A stretch of 64,000 bases of DNA from Promethearchaeota archaeon (GCA_030599585.1 JAUVNS010000006.1:224001-288000); one strand, 5' to 3'. Numbered from the stretch's first letter, positions 42,409 to 53,426 are shown. Notes: generated by a model not told the origin, from the sequence alone. Made by a program: numbers and translations.

Positions 42409-42651
42409 ATGGAAATAAATGTACATGGACATGAACTATGGGGCGCTATTGACGAAGTATTAAGCGCTTTAGAAGAATGCAAAATAAAAAACGAAAGGGG
42501 AATCAATATCATCCATGGGTATAAGCACGGACAAGTTCTAAAGAATTACTTTAGATCGAATAAATTTTTAGGAGAAATGACCCGTGAAGGATTCCGATTA
42601 AAATTGAAAGACACTTCTGATCCTGCTATATCGTCTTTTGTAATTTTATAG
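42409..42651 (+). CDS. Stand-alone Smr domain protein
   Basis: MEINVHG...IIHGYKHGQVLK. The start at 42409 is preferred over 42316 because the domain begins there. Confidence 0.75.
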   Translation: MEINVHGHELWGAIDEVLSALEECKIKNERGINIIHGYKHGQVLKNYFRSNKFLGEMTREGFRLKLKDTSDPAISSFVIL

Positions 42652-42817
42652 TCCCGAATTAATGTTATTGTTATAAATAGAATTGATTTTAATTAAATTA
42701 ATAAATTTAGTTTAGCAATTAGAGCGGTTGTCTTCTACAAGCAAATCTTTTTAAGCAAAAACGTTATTTTATACTCTAACTAATAAGAAATCTAAGAGAA
42801 GAGAGTAAGGAAAAAAA

Positions 42818-43891
42818 ATGACAATTTTAGACCGAACAAAAATTCGACCTGCTATTCTCAAAATCTACGATGATGGGTTTAAAGAAATAATGAAATTTAT
42901 TCTTCAATTTACCGAACTCGAAGAAAATAAGCAATTTAATTTTCTTAAAATCTATAAGAAAGTTCTGGATTTAAACGAACTTTTCTTTAAAAAAAAAGCT
43001 GGAATGGTTGAGCTCCACGATAAATTAACTGCTGAGGAAAGGAATTATGTAACAAGATTATTACGGTATGCAATTGAACATTCAGCAATGCAAGATTTAG
43101 AAAACGATCCCATTCCGAAGGAAATTGAAATCAAACCTATAATGCTTGGTAAAACCCCTGCCGAGTGGATTATACCCTCAGATCCAATCAAAGATCATGT
43201 AATTTTACATTTTCACGGGGGTGGATGGATTCTCGGTTCTCCTCTAACTTGCCGGAAGTTAAACTCTGTTATATCTAATGCTACAAACTTGAGAATTCTT
43301 AGTATTGATTATCGTCTTGCCCCAGAACACCCATTTCCCACTCCATTAGAAGACTGTGTTAACGCTTACAAATGGTTGTTGTCAAATGGATTTAAAAATG
43401 ACCATATAATCATCGCGGGAGAATCTGCTGGAGGAAATTTAACCCTAGCAACTCTTTTAAAATTAAGAGATTTAGGAATTGGTTTACCTGCTGGAGCAAT
43501 TTGTCTATCGCCTGCGACAGACTTTACTTTTGCAGATGATTCCTATTTTAAAAATGCCGAAACCGATCCATCATTGGCAGATGTCGGCTTATTTTGGTGG
43601 TATGTCGCCTATCTTGCTGGAGAGGACCCTCGCAATCCATATATCTCGCCATTGTTTGCAGATTTAAAGGAACTACCTCCAATTTTGATACAAGTAAGCT
43701 CATGTGAAATGCTTTATAGTGATGCTACTCGGTTTGTGGAAAAAGCTAAGAAGGCAGGAACAAACGCAATATTACAAGCATGGGATGAAATGACACATGT
43801 GTTTCAAGGAACAAGATATGAACTTCTTCCGGAAGCTAAAGATGCCATAAGAAAAATAGCTGACTTCACTAACCAACTATTCAAAACCTAA
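42818..43891 (+). CDS. HSL-family alpha/beta hydrolase (esterase/lipase)
   Basis: HGGG, DYRLAPEHPFP, GESAGG, HVF. Confidence 0.93.
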   Translation: MTILDRTKIRPAILKIYDDGFKEIMKFILQFTELEENKQFNFLKIYKKVLDLNELFFKKKAGMVELHDKLTAEERNYVTRLLRYAIEHSAMQDLENDPIPKEIEIKPIMLGKTPAEWIIPSDPIKDHVILHFHGGGWILGSPLTCRKLNSVISNATNLRILSIDYRLAPEHPFPTPLEDCVNAYKWLLSNGFKNDHIIIAGESAGGNLTLATLLKLRDLGIGLPAGAICLSPATDFTFADDSYFKNAETDPSLADVGLFWWYVAYLAGEDPRNPYISPLFADLKELPPILIQVSSCEMLYSDATRFVEKAKKAGTNAILQAWDEMTHVFQGTRYELLPEAKDAIRKIADFTNQLFKT

Positions 43892-43920
43892 ATCTACAAA
43901 CTTTTTGTATATATTTTATA

Positions 43921-44697
43921 TTGAATATTGATTATAATATATTGGTGTATTTTATGAGCCTATGGTATCTTATTTTAATAATTCTAAGTGTAATCATTCT
44001 TTTTCTCATAATCTTTGGTCTACCTCGTAAAAAAAGCACGAGGAGTCCAAATATGGAGGGAATAGATAGTCCGGAGATTGCAAAAGCGTTTGATAAAATG
44101 TCGAACATTTTACCATTTAGGATCTTACGGAAAAAGATTATATCACATATACGTAAATTAAATCCATCCGGAAGGCTTATAGATGCAGGATGTGGCCCAG
44201 GATTTTTAATAGTTCAATTAGCAAAGGAATTTCCTACTTTGGAGCTTATTGGTGTGGACATTTCTAATGAAATACTGGAACGAGCTAAGATTAGAGCAAC
44301 TCATCATGAGAAAAAGATTGAATTTAAGGAAGGTTCTGTTGAAAACCTACCGTTTCCTAATGAATATGCGGATTTTATAATTTCTACTTTTTCACTCCAT
44401 CATTGGATTAATCCCGATAGGGCTTTTCAAGAAATATATAGGGTGTTAAAAAAAGAAGGCATAGCGCTAATATTTGATTTTAGACGAGATTCTCGAAGAT
44501 TCTATTACGGATTCTTAACATTTGTGACTAAAATCGTCGCTCCTAAAGCATTGAAAAATGTTAACGAACCAATAGGGTCTCTAAAATCTTCTTATACTCC
44601 TTTAGAGGTGCAAGAACTCCTCTCCAAAGAGCAGATCAAAGATATTACTATTAAACCTATGCTTGCCTGGATGTTTCTTCAAATTAATAAGCATTAA
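43921..44697 (+). CDS. Class I SAM-dependent methyltransferase with N-terminal TM
   Basis: DAGCGPG, GVD, GSVENLPF, EIYRVLK. Confidence 0.9.
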   Translation: MNIDYNILVYFMSLWYLILIILSVIILFLIIFGLPRKKSTRSPNMEGIDSPEIAKAFDKMSNILPFRILRKKIISHIRKLNPSGRLIDAGCGPGFLIVQLAKEFPTLELIGVDISNEILERAKIRATHHEKKIEFKEGSVENLPFPNEYADFIISTFSLHHWINPDRAFQEIYRVLKKEGIALIFDFRRDSRRFYYGFLTFVTKIVAPKALKNVNEPIGSLKSSYTPLEVQELLSKEQIKDITIKPMLAWMFLQINKH

Positions 44698-44795
44698 AAA
44701 ACTCTTTCTATGGTTTAAAAGAAATTAATTATCTTGGAAAACTCTACTTATAAAATGAAAAACAATCTTCTCAATTTGGATATATTCCTTAAAAC

Positions 44796-45323
44796 CTATT
44801 CTTTTTTAAGATCAATTTTAGGAAGAATTCCATGGCTAATACAATAATACCCGGGACTGCGTTTTTTTGCAATTTCATTAATTTCAAGTAGTTTTTCCAT
44901 AGGAGTGGCACTTTCAATAAATAATTCCATCTGTAAATCATTAATAGGAGGATTATCAGAAAGACCTAAAGCTTTTGATATATCCATGGTAGCAGTACCT
45001 CTGATTTTAAAACTATTTAGTTGGATTCCTTCCATAGTTGCCCATTTAACAAAAGTAGCAGAATAACACGCCAAAAATCCACTAATGTAATATTGAACCG
45101 GATTAGGAGCAGTTCCCCCTCCACCTAAGATGATTGTTTCATCTGTTTGAACAAGAATATCTCCTGCCTTCTCAGTTTTCAATTTAATCTCAAATTGGGG
45201 TCCAACTTGTTCATCTAATCTCCAAGTGCCTTCGATCTCTAATTTTTTGATGCTAGTAGAGGGATCCTTTTTAACGTTTTCTATAGTCTCTTTAAACACA
45301 TCAACATTTAGTCTATTAGTCAT
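44796..45323 (-). CDS. OsmC/Ohr-like protein, copy 1 (second Cys replaced by Ser)
   Basis: DE..ILGGGGTAPNP...LACY; KRSPG. Confidence 0.88.
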   Translation of the reverse strand: MTNRLNVDVFKETIENVKKDPSTSIKKLEIEGTWRLDEQVGPQFEIKLKTEKAGDILVQTDETIILGGGGTAPNPVQYYISGFLACYSATFVKWATMEGIQLNSFKIRGTATMDISKALGLSDNPPINDLQMELFIESATPMEKLLEINEIAKKRSPGYYCISHGILPKIDLKKE

Positions 45324-45597
45324 GTGCGAATCACATATTATCTTTATTATTTTAGATTAAAGTAGATTATATCAATCAATATTTAATTCATTCGATAATA
45401 AATTATTAAAAATCAACAGAGGAGCAAAAAAGAAAAAATGAAATTATCATCCCCAAAACTGACACGAAAATTAATGAACAATATTGTTCTCCTTTTCATT
45501 TATTAATTCTTATTGATGATAATTCTATAAAGAGTTAGAATTATACACTCGATATTTTATCTCCAAATCGGAAAATTATATAAAAGGAGTTAGTAAA

Positions 45598-46047
45598 ATG
45601 AATAAATCAATAGATTTTGGTAAATCAATGGATATCATCTTCATTATTTCTTCTATTGTTTTCAACATCTTAGTAAGCTTTTTATATATTGCGACCAAAT
45701 TTGGCAACATGGAACTCGTGCGGGTCATTGGTATTATTGTCCTTTTTCTAATAATTCCGTTCACTATCACCTTGATAGGATATATTAAAGAAAAGGACGA
45801 AAGAAAGGTTATAATATCTTTAGTAGTCATTCTATTCTATTTCTTTTTGGAAATATTATTAGACTACATCCTCATGATTCCATTCAGAGATATACTAGCA
45901 CTTCATATCCCCTACATTATAGTATTTTACGCTGCTGACTTCAGCATGATAGGCGTGACTTTCGATAAAAACAAGAAAATGGGATTTGTGGTCCTGGTGG
46001 CATTCTTTATATTGCTAGGGTGCTTGATTTATAGGTATGTGGGCTAA
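45598..46047 (+). CDS. Small multi-pass membrane protein
   Basis: About 5 hydrophobic segments. Confidence 0.7.
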   Translation: MNKSIDFGKSMDIIFIISSIVFNILVSFLYIATKFGNMELVRVIGIIVLFLIIPFTITLIGYIKEKDERKVIISLVVILFYFFLEILLDYILMIPFRDILALHIPYIIVFYAADFSMIGVTFDKNKKMGFVVLVAFFILLGCLIYRYVG

Positions 46048-46426
46048 ATTCTCTGAAAAGTAAGATGAGTTTTTCACTTTAAAAGAATTAACTGCAGATC
46101 TCTTTTATCTGTAATTCACAAACCGATTTTATTTCAATTTAGTAAAGAATCTAACTATTTGGAAATGAATTTTCATAACATCTAACCGGAAAATCATTAT
46201 GTAATGCCGCAACGCATCAATTGCAGTAGCTACACGTCGATCTATCCGTTCTCCCTTTTTTAATCTGCTTTACGACAAGTGGCTCTCTAATGATAATATT
46301 AAAACGACAATCTTAACCAAATTTAGTGATCAATTAAATAAAAATTCCATCAATAAAAGGAATTTAATTTTTTATGATTTTAAAGATTCCAAACAAACCT
46401 CTCAATTTGGAGATATTCCTTAAAAC

Positions 46427-46954
46427 CTATTCTTTTTTAATATCAATTATAGGAACAATTCCATGGCTAAGGCAATAATACCCGGGACAGCGTTTTTTTG
46501 CAATTTTATTAATTTCAAGTAGTTTTTCCATAGGAGCGTCACTTTCGACAAATAATTCCATCCGTAAATCATTAATAGGAGGATTATCGGAAAGACCTAA
46601 AGCTGCGGATATATCCATGGTAGCAGTGCCTCTGATTTTAAAACTATTTAGCTGGATTCCTTCCATAGTTGCCCATTTAACAAAAGTAGCAGCATAACAT
46701 GACAATAATCCACCAATGCAATATTGAACAGGATTAGGTGCAGTTCCTCCGCCGCCTAAGATGATTGTTTCATCTGATTGAACAAGAATCTCTCCTGCCG
46801 TCTCAGTTTTAAATTTTGTCTCAAATTGGGGGCCTGTTTGTTCATCTAATCTCCAAGTGCCTTCGATCTCTAATTTTTTGATGCTAGTAGAGGGATTCTT
46901 TTTAACATTTTCAATTGTCTCTTTAAACACATCAACATTTATTCTATTAATCAT
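46427..46954 (-). CDS. OsmC/Ohr-like protein, copy 2
   Basis: DE..ILGGGGTAPNP...LSCY; KRCPG; near-identical to 44796-45323. Confidence 0.9.
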   Translation of the reverse strand: MINRINVDVFKETIENVKKNPSTSIKKLEIEGTWRLDEQTGPQFETKFKTETAGEILVQSDETIILGGGGTAPNPVQYCIGGLLSCYAATFVKWATMEGIQLNSFKIRGTATMDISAALGLSDNPPINDLRMELFVESDAPMEKLLEINKIAKKRCPGYYCLSHGIVPIIDIKKE

Positions 46955-47241
46955 GTGTCAATCACATATTATCTCCATTATTATTCTGACTTTTATAATA
47001 TATAAGTGAGCGAGAATATTTAATTCTAAAAAGGAGAAATGTTTAGATATAAAACTCTTTTATCTAAAACGGTTATATTTTGAAACTATTAAATTTATTT
47101 AAATAATGGACTGATTTGTTGTTCTCCTTGACTGCAAAAAAATCGTTTTTTGGATTTATTGGGTGTTTTGGTTTATTATATTATCAAACGAAGAAAAAAT
47201 AAGGAAAAGTAATTTGTTAATAGAATTTGATACTCTATTTT

Positions 47242-48051
47242 TTACTTCAGAAATTTAAGTATTACTTCGTTAAACTTATCAGGTTCCTCGGTGTGAATCA
47301 TATGAGCATTTGAGTCGAAGTGAACGATTTCGGCATTTGGTATTTTTGCAGCTAATAAATCACCATTGCTAGGTGGAACGAGAATATCTTGTTTACCATG
47401 TATTATTAAAGTAGGTATATTCATCTCTTTTAATTTCCTATATGAGTTATATCGCATCCAAGAACCCATTTGGGCTTTAAAGGTGGTTGGCCCTGTAGGA
47501 ATAATCAGAATATCGTCAATTTTTTTTTCCATAAATTCAGGATCTTCATCCATGAACTTCTTAGTAAATATATGGGGCATAGCCTCTTCTACTAATTTTC
47601 TTGTATGCCCTTTAAATGATAACTTAGTTAAAAATTTCTGTGTTTCCATTGAAGGCATTTCTGCCTTCGATCCTCCGCAACTAGTTGAACAAAGAACAAG
47701 CTTTTTAACTCGCTCGGGAAATTTAAGAGCTAATTCTTGTGCGATCATTCCTCCCATTGAATGACCAAGGATATGAGCTTGATTTATATCTAAAGCATCC
47801 ATCAATCCTAATGCATCAGCAGCCATGCTTTCTATTGAGAGATCTCCAACTAGATCATCACTCCTTCCAACACCTCTATTATCAAAAATAGCCGTCTTTA
47901 AATGTTTTGAGAAGCCATCTATCACAGGGGTATCCCACCAATACACATTTTCAGATAAGCCCTGAATCATTAAGAGAGGAAAACCATCTCCATGAATCTC
48001 GTAATAAAGATTCACACCATCTACATTAACTTTTGGCATATTTAAATCCAC
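47242..48051 (-). CDS. Alpha/beta hydrolase
   Basis: DNRGVGRS, GHSMGG, HGKQD, AH. Confidence 0.92.
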   Translation of the reverse strand: MDLNMPKVNVDGVNLYYEIHGDGFPLLMIQGLSENVYWWDTPVIDGFSKHLKTAIFDNRGVGRSDDLVGDLSIESMAADALGLMDALDINQAHILGHSMGGMIAQELALKFPERVKKLVLCSTSCGGSKAEMPSMETQKFLTKLSFKGHTRKLVEEAMPHIFTKKFMDEDPEFMEKKIDDILIIPTGPTTFKAQMGSWMRYNSYRKLKEMNIPTLIIHGKQDILVPPSNGDLLAAKIPNAEIVHFDSNAHMIHTEEPDKFNEVILKFLK

Positions 48052-48350
48052 TCAAATTTATTGTTATTCATAAATTAAATTTCTTGTTGATGAAAAACTA
48101 GTTCGGATACCTATTTATAAGTTGACATTTATGTGAATTCAAAGAAAAATCTTTTAAATGATGTTTGGAATAATTCTTGCTGCTTCAGTTTCCCTCGTGA
48201 TATTGATTTTAATTTCGTAGATTTAGGCGAGAATTGCAGCAACGACAGCAGCATTATTCTCCAAGTATTTAATACACTTTAATATTAGATTCAACTTATT
48301 CTAAAACAGAGAAAGTAAATTAAAATATCCAATTTAACTTATGATCGTAT

Positions 48351-48674
48351 ATGGAAATAATTGCAATGGGAGAGTTACGCGAGTTTTTTACGATAAATCT
48401 GCCCAAATTCGAGGATCCCGTCATTTTTATTAGTTCTGAATTTATTCCTGGATGTCCTAAGTGCAATAGTAGTACAAGCGTATATTATCTCCAACTTACT
48501 GAAAGAAATTTGATTCCAAGTGAAGGAAATTTGGAAAAAGCCGTAGAACACAAGTTTCCAATCGATATCTATGTCCAATATCAAGTTCTAAAAGGAAAAC
48601 CCAAGCAATTTGTCATAGGCACGAAAAAGTCAAATGGAAACCTTGAGATGGTCCTTCTACGAATTATAAATTAA
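48351..48674 (+). CDS. Hypothetical protein
   Basis: 107-aa ORF with one CPKC; no recognised family. Confidence 0.45.
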   Translation: MEIIAMGELREFFTINLPKFEDPVIFISSEFIPGCPKCNSSTSVYYLQLTERNLIPSEGNLEKAVEHKFPIDIYVQYQVLKGKPKQFVIGTKKSNGNLEMVLLRIIN

Positions 48675-48845
48675 GAATTTTGAAATTATTTTTCCAATTT
48701 CACATTTAAAACTCCGACACAACCTCCGAAAGGCATGAGTATAGTGCTTTTCTAAGATTTGTAATTATGACATTTATGGCAAGAGTTAAATATAGAAATT
48801 ATTAATTGTATATTGGCTCTATTTTTTTTATAAGAGGTGAGCTTC

Positions 48846-49013
48846 GTGAGAGTTAAATTATGTTTTAAATGTAAACAATACATCGCTATCCGTGAGAATG
48901 ATTTTAATAACACTAGAGACTTACAATTGTTTGATAAAGCTCATGCTGGTCATCCCACTCAGATTGTAAACGAAGAAGAAGTCGCTAATTATGAAATGTG
49001 GATTGGAAGTTAA
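48846..49013 (+). CDS. 55-aa CxxC...HxxH zinc-binding microprotein (not in ORF track)
   Basis: GAGGTGA Shine-Dalgarno-like site, then GTG: MRVKLCFKCKQYIAIRENDFNNTRDLQLFDKAHAGHPTQIVNEEEVANYEMWIGS*, followed by a T-tract. Confidence 0.75.
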   Translation: MRVKLCFKCKQYIAIRENDFNNTRDLQLFDKAHAGHPTQIVNEEEVANYEMWIGS

Positions 49014-49103
49014 GTAAAAATAATTTTCTTTTTTTCAATTAAATTTATTAATATACATTCAATAAAAGAGTGTATATTGTATCTACTTCTTAATGTTGGT
49101 TAA

Positions 49104-50297
49104 TTGAACATGACAAATCAAAAATTACCCGAAATTGATATGCTTCGCATTATATCGATTCTAATCGTTGTATTTTTAATTCATATTCCACTTAGCTATG
49201 CTTATTATTTCTACCTTGACTTAGATCAATTTAGCGTGTTTTTAGTTAATAATGTTGGAATATATGTCTCCATGGGCTCTTTCGCGTTTGTCTCTGGATT
49301 CGGTCTATATTTAAGTCCCAACAATAGAAGGATTAATTCAGTCAAGAAATTAACTACTTTCCTAAAGAAGAGATTTATAAGAGTATTTCCACTCTATTGG
49401 ATTGCGATTATTTTATTTCTTTTTTTTGTAGGATATTCGACCATTAACCCGCTTTATTTACTGTTCCATTTTTTAGGAATGCAAATCATAGTTGCTCCCA
49501 ATTTTGGACCTCCAATGCTAACCATATGGTTTATAGGCATAATTGTGATATACTACCTGATTTATGTTGTCCTAAATTCATTAGGTTCAATCAAACGAAT
49601 CATTCCGGCATCTGTCGCCATTCTATTCTTATTTGTGTTTCTTAAAGGCTTTTTTGGGCTGGTTGAATATCGATTTTTCTTATACTATTTTATATTCATT
49701 GCAGGCATAGTTGCTGCTCATATCTACACCTCCCCCCTTTACAATCGATTTAAAGAACGTTTGAGAGAAGTACCTCGAGTAGTCTTACTCCTCGTTCCAT
49801 TATGTACTGCCATTTTAGGTTTAATAACATTTCAATTTTTAACTCAGTTTACCTATTCTACTTTCGTTTCGGAATACGGAAATTATAACCTATACTTAAT
49901 ATTAGAAACAAATCCTGATTTTTTTCAATTAGCAGGGATAATATTTTTGATAAACCTAATAATAATAGCATTCATAATTTTTGCAATTTCATCGCTCAAT
50001 TTTATATTTCGCACCTTTAGATTGATTTTCTCTAAAAGAAAAATTGAATCGATAGTTTCAGTAATCGCTTATTCCACTTTCGGCGTATATCTCTTTCACA
50101 GAGTCTTTCTTGGTATCTTTACCTTCTTAATGACCAATGAATTAAATATAGACATGCGTGAACTGGACAACTACTACTTAGTCTTAATTTTTGTCCCGTT
50201 TATATTTCTATTCTCATACTTAATTCAAAAGGCTTTTGATTGGGTTTGGAAGAGAGCTTCTAAGCACAATGCTAATAATGATCTTCAAACCGTGTAG
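49104..50297 (+). CDS. Acyltransferase family 3 membrane protein
   Basis: IDMLR..I..V...H, F..VSGF, KKRFIRVFPLYW, WFI, YSTFGVYLFH. Confidence 0.92.
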   Translation: MNMTNQKLPEIDMLRIISILIVVFLIHIPLSYAYYFYLDLDQFSVFLVNNVGIYVSMGSFAFVSGFGLYLSPNNRRINSVKKLTTFLKKRFIRVFPLYWIAIILFLFFVGYSTINPLYLLFHFLGMQIIVAPNFGPPMLTIWFIGIIVIYYLIYVVLNSLGSIKRIIPASVAILFLFVFLKGFFGLVEYRFFLYYFIFIAGIVAAHIYTSPLYNRFKERLREVPRVVLLLVPLCTAILGLITFQFLTQFTYSTFVSEYGNYNLYLILETNPDFFQLAGIIFLINLIIIAFIIFAISSLNFIFRTFRLIFSKRKIESIVSVIAYSTFGVYLFHRVFLGIFTFLMTNELNIDMRELDNYYLVLIFVPFIFLFSYLIQKAFDWVWKRASKHNANNDLQTV

Positions 50298-50371
50298 TTT
50301 TAAGTATAGAATAAAAATTTTAATAAAAGAAATTTGTCCTTCTACGGATGAACCTTCGATTTCTAATTGAT

Positions 50372-50884
50372 TTAATCGACTAAACTTTGAATGGTTAGAG
50401 AACAATATCTGACAAAATGAGTAGTCTCTGCAGAATAGACCATTACGCTTATATTGTGAGTGCCTGAGGAAAAACTTGGGGCGAAATGTTGTAACGCTAC
50501 TGAATAATAATCGATAGTTGAACTTCCTTCGTAAGGTCCAACATCCACCTGAGGCTCTAGTAACCGAATCCCATCAACACTAAAGAAGAATGAAATACCT
50601 GCATATTCTGTAGGTTCAGGATAAATCACCGCACTACACATGAATATAATATGAATTGAAGCCGTAGTTGCTAAGTCAAAAGCTATAGACATGTTCGGAA
50701 TGTGTAAATATGCAAATGCTGGATTCACTGTAAAAGAATCTCCGTCGTATTGAGACCAGATATCCTGTGCAGCCAAGCTTGCTTGCATACTATTCTGCGA
50801 ATTCCACGCCATGAATCCAAACCCTAATCCTCCGGCACCTAAGAGTATCCCTATTATCCCTAATATACTGCCACCTTTTCCCAT
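50372..50884 (-). CDS. N-terminally anchored beta-rich hypothetical protein
   Basis: Gly-rich TM, then a beta-sandwich-like segment (SGTHNISV). Confidence 0.65.
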   Translation of the reverse strand: MGKGGSILGIIGILLGAGGLGFGFMAWNSQNSMQASLAAQDIWSQYDGDSFTVNPAFAYLHIPNMSIAFDLATTASIHIIFMCSAVIYPEPTEYAGISFFFSVDGIRLLEPQVDVGPYEGSSTIDYYSVALQHFAPSFSSGTHNISVMVYSAETTHFVRYCSLTIQSLVD

Positions 50885-51063
50885 TGTCTATTACCACTTA
50901 TTTTTTTTATTTTAAGTTGAAGTAAAGAACAAATTCTTTTGCCCATAAATAAATCTTATGATAATGGTTCAATACCAAGGAAACTTATATCTTGTAGGAA
51001 AACTTATTGTAACTTAATTAGATACACCTTAGTTTATAGCTATTAGAATTACTGTAAGAAATA

Positions 51064-51576
51064 TTGAAAGAAATAGCTGAAGATGATTTGGGAGGATATA
51101 AGCAATTGAATAAAATCGAGCTAACTTATTTAACCTGGGATGACATCGAAGATTACTGTAAAAAATTAGCCAATTTGATCAATAATTCTGACTTTAAACC
51201 CGAAATTATTGTAGGAATTCAAAGAGGTGGCAGCATAACTGCAGTTTTCCTCTCTCACTTATTGAATACCGAGAATCTCTGTACAATTGGGATTCGAACT
51301 ACAAAAACAGATGATATTCGCTCTCAACGAATTAAACCAATTGTATACGATTCTTTTTCATTACAACTCATATCCGGAAAAATAGTTTTGCTTACAGATG
51401 ACATTACCGACACGGGAGTAACTTTAATTGAAGCTAAAAAAGAGTTATTAAAGTATGGTTGTAAAGAGGTTAAATCTGCTACAATGATATGCGCTCCGGC
51501 AAGTAATGGTAAAGTAGATTTTTACGCTAAAGAAGTTAAACCATGGGTTGTCTTTCCATGGGAAATAAAAATTTAG
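51064..51576 (+). CDS. Type I phosphoribosyltransferase (xanthine/guanine PRT-like)
   Basis: LTWDDI, GIQRGG, VLLTDDITDTGVT, WVVFPWE. Confidence 0.92.
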   Translation: MKEIAEDDLGGYKQLNKIELTYLTWDDIEDYCKKLANLINNSDFKPEIIVGIQRGGSITAVFLSHLLNTENLCTIGIRTTKTDDIRSQRIKPIVYDSFSLQLISGKIVLLTDDITDTGVTLIEAKKELLKYGCKEVKSATMICAPASNGKVDFYAKEVKPWVVFPWEIKI

Positions 51577-51633
51577 AATGAAAAAGCAAAGACCATGAAA
51601 TTACCGAAGTTAGTTCAGAAAGTTTTTTAAATA

Positions 51634-52743
51634 TTAATTGAATGATACTATTTGATTTTCTCTTGACGAATGATATGCAGATTCTATGATTTCGTGAACA
51701 CGATATCCGATATCTAAACCAGGATAAGGTTCTATTTCTTTGATTATCGATTCCATAAAACTAAGACTTTCAAATAGATACGGTCCAGTATTTAAAGCCA
51801 TTTTAGGATAATTCTTATGCTTTCGATATTCTTCTGTAATCCCTTCTAAATTAAGTCTCTTCTTCTTTCGACCGATTAAATACTCTAACTTTCTAAAGAA
51901 CGGTGTTATATAATTCTCCAAATTTATATATCCATTCTCTAAGAAAATCTCTACGCGTCTCTCATCCATTTTTGCTTTATTCCAAATACTTGTTAAATTC
52001 CCTACAAATCCGTCTTCATATTCAAAGTTTAATGTGGCTACATCTTCAAGCTTTCCTTGGGTCAAAGGGGAGACGTAGCGAATTTTAGCGAATAATTTCG
52101 AAAGAGGTGCCTGATCACCAAATAGATACTCAAGCACGTCAACATCGTGGATGCTATGTTCAAATAAACTCCCTCCATAAGCTAAGGAAGGATCTTTTCT
52201 CCAATCAGATTGGTGTAAACCAGTGCCAATAGGCCAATTTTGAGTATCTCTGAATGTAAATGATAATCTCTTTCCAAACGCTTCTGCATTTTCTTTTATA
52301 ATTTGTTTCATTTTCCAGACTACTGGACAATGCCGGAGTACTAATCCTACCTGTGTAGAGATTCCATACTTTCTCTCTGCTAAAATTAACTCTTTGATAT
52401 CTTCTAAAGAAAAGGCAAGTGGCTTCTCGCAAAAGATATTTTTACCTTTTTCCGCAAGTTTTAAGTAATACTCTTTATGGAATTTAGTCGGAGTTGCGAT
52501 GTAAACTACATCGATAGCTTTATCCTTAACAATGTCATCAGGATTCGTCGTAAAATAGTCAATGACCTTAACATTCTTCAATTTTAGCCTATTCAATTTC
52601 TCTTCGTCTGGATCGGCTACTCCCCGAATTTTTATATGGACATCAGTATCAGAAAGGAGCCTTTCTTCTTCGATTTTTTTTAATGAAAATAAGTGTGTCT
52701 GTCCCATTAGTCCCGTTCCTATTATCCCTACATTTATATTCAA
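51634..52743 (-). CDS. Gfo/Idh/MocA family oxidoreductase
   Basis: GIIGTGLMG, ATPTKFH, CEKPLA, GGSLFEHSIHDVD. Confidence 0.93.
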   Translation of the reverse strand: MNINVGIIGTGLMGQTHLFSLKKIEEERLLSDTDVHIKIRGVADPDEEKLNRLKLKNVKVIDYFTTNPDDIVKDKAIDVVYIATPTKFHKEYYLKLAEKGKNIFCEKPLAFSLEDIKELILAERKYGISTQVGLVLRHCPVVWKMKQIIKENAEAFGKRLSFTFRDTQNWPIGTGLHQSDWRKDPSLAYGGSLFEHSIHDVDVLEYLFGDQAPLSKLFAKIRYVSPLTQGKLEDVATLNFEYEDGFVGNLTSIWNKAKMDERRVEIFLENGYINLENYITPFFRKLEYLIGRKKKRLNLEGITEEYRKHKNYPKMALNTGPYLFESLSFMESIIKEIEPYPGLDIGYRVHEIIESAYHSSRENQIVSFN

Positions 52744-52900
52744 CTTAAACCATCCTTCTCTCTTTAGGAATTTAATTTACTAAAAGTAAAGAGCAATTTT
52801 TTATAAACATTTCAAAAATCTTGTTGATTTTTGACATTTGAGTTTTTTTTTATTATCTCGTGAAATCACTGAGATAAATCCTATTTTTATCATAGACACA

Positions 52901-52936
52901 AAGAAAATAAAAAAAAATAAGAAAATAAAAAAAAAT
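52901..52936 (-). terminator. Duplicated oligo-U terminator downstream of the ncRNA array
   Basis: Perfect 18-nt tandem repeat AAGAAAATAAAAAAAAAT x2 on the + strand, giving two U9 tracts on the minus transcript directly after the last unit. Confidence 0.6.
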
Positions 52937-52937
52937 C

Positions 52938-53150
52938 ATATCCCTGCTAACAATTCTCACATTTGGTTGCGACACTTCAGCGAAGGGTAGCGCCAGACTA
53001 GAAATACCTTTTAGGTCATTCACCGAAGGTTCCATGTCAAATGGGCTAAAATGTATCAGCGAACCGAAGTGAGTTGCGCGCAAACTGGTGATGTATGATA
53101 AGCAATTCTTCAACCACGGCGCAACACCGTAGCATTAAAGCCAAGGATAT
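52938..53150 (-). ncRNA. Retron msr-msd-like ncRNA, distal unit (C)
   Basis: Terminal pairing AUAUCCUUG/CAGGGAUAU; hairpin GCUACGGUG-UUG-CGCCGUGGU; variable hairpin 53004-53056; homologous to the two other units. Confidence 0.8.
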
Positions 53151-53240
53151 TTTTATTGATTACTGATATTGAACGCCTTTACTTATGAATTTATTTATTT
53201 TTTTTTTTATATTCCAATCGCAATTAGAAAAATAGTCGTG

Positions 53241-53426
53241 ATCCCTGCTAACAATTCAAACATTTGGTTGTGACACTTCAGCAGAACGTAGTTAGTGGTA
53301 CATTGAACCGAAGGATACATGTTTAAGGTACCACTACCGTAGTGACGCGAATAGCGCGCAACCTGGTGGTGTATGATGGGCAAAATCTCAACTGTGGCGC
53401 AACACCACAGCATTAAAGCCAAGGAT
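53241..53426 (-). ncRNA. Retron msr-msd-like ncRNA, middle unit (B)
   Basis: Terminal pairing AUCCUUG/CAGGGAU; hairpin GCUGUGGUG-UUG-CGCCACAGU; variable stem TAGTGGTAC/GTACCACTA (53293-53336). Confidence 0.8.

Noticed and set aside
46190-46290. GC-richer intergenic patch between the OsmC copies
   Set aside because: No convincing ORF, tRNA fold or stable structure was found; possibly a gene remnant.
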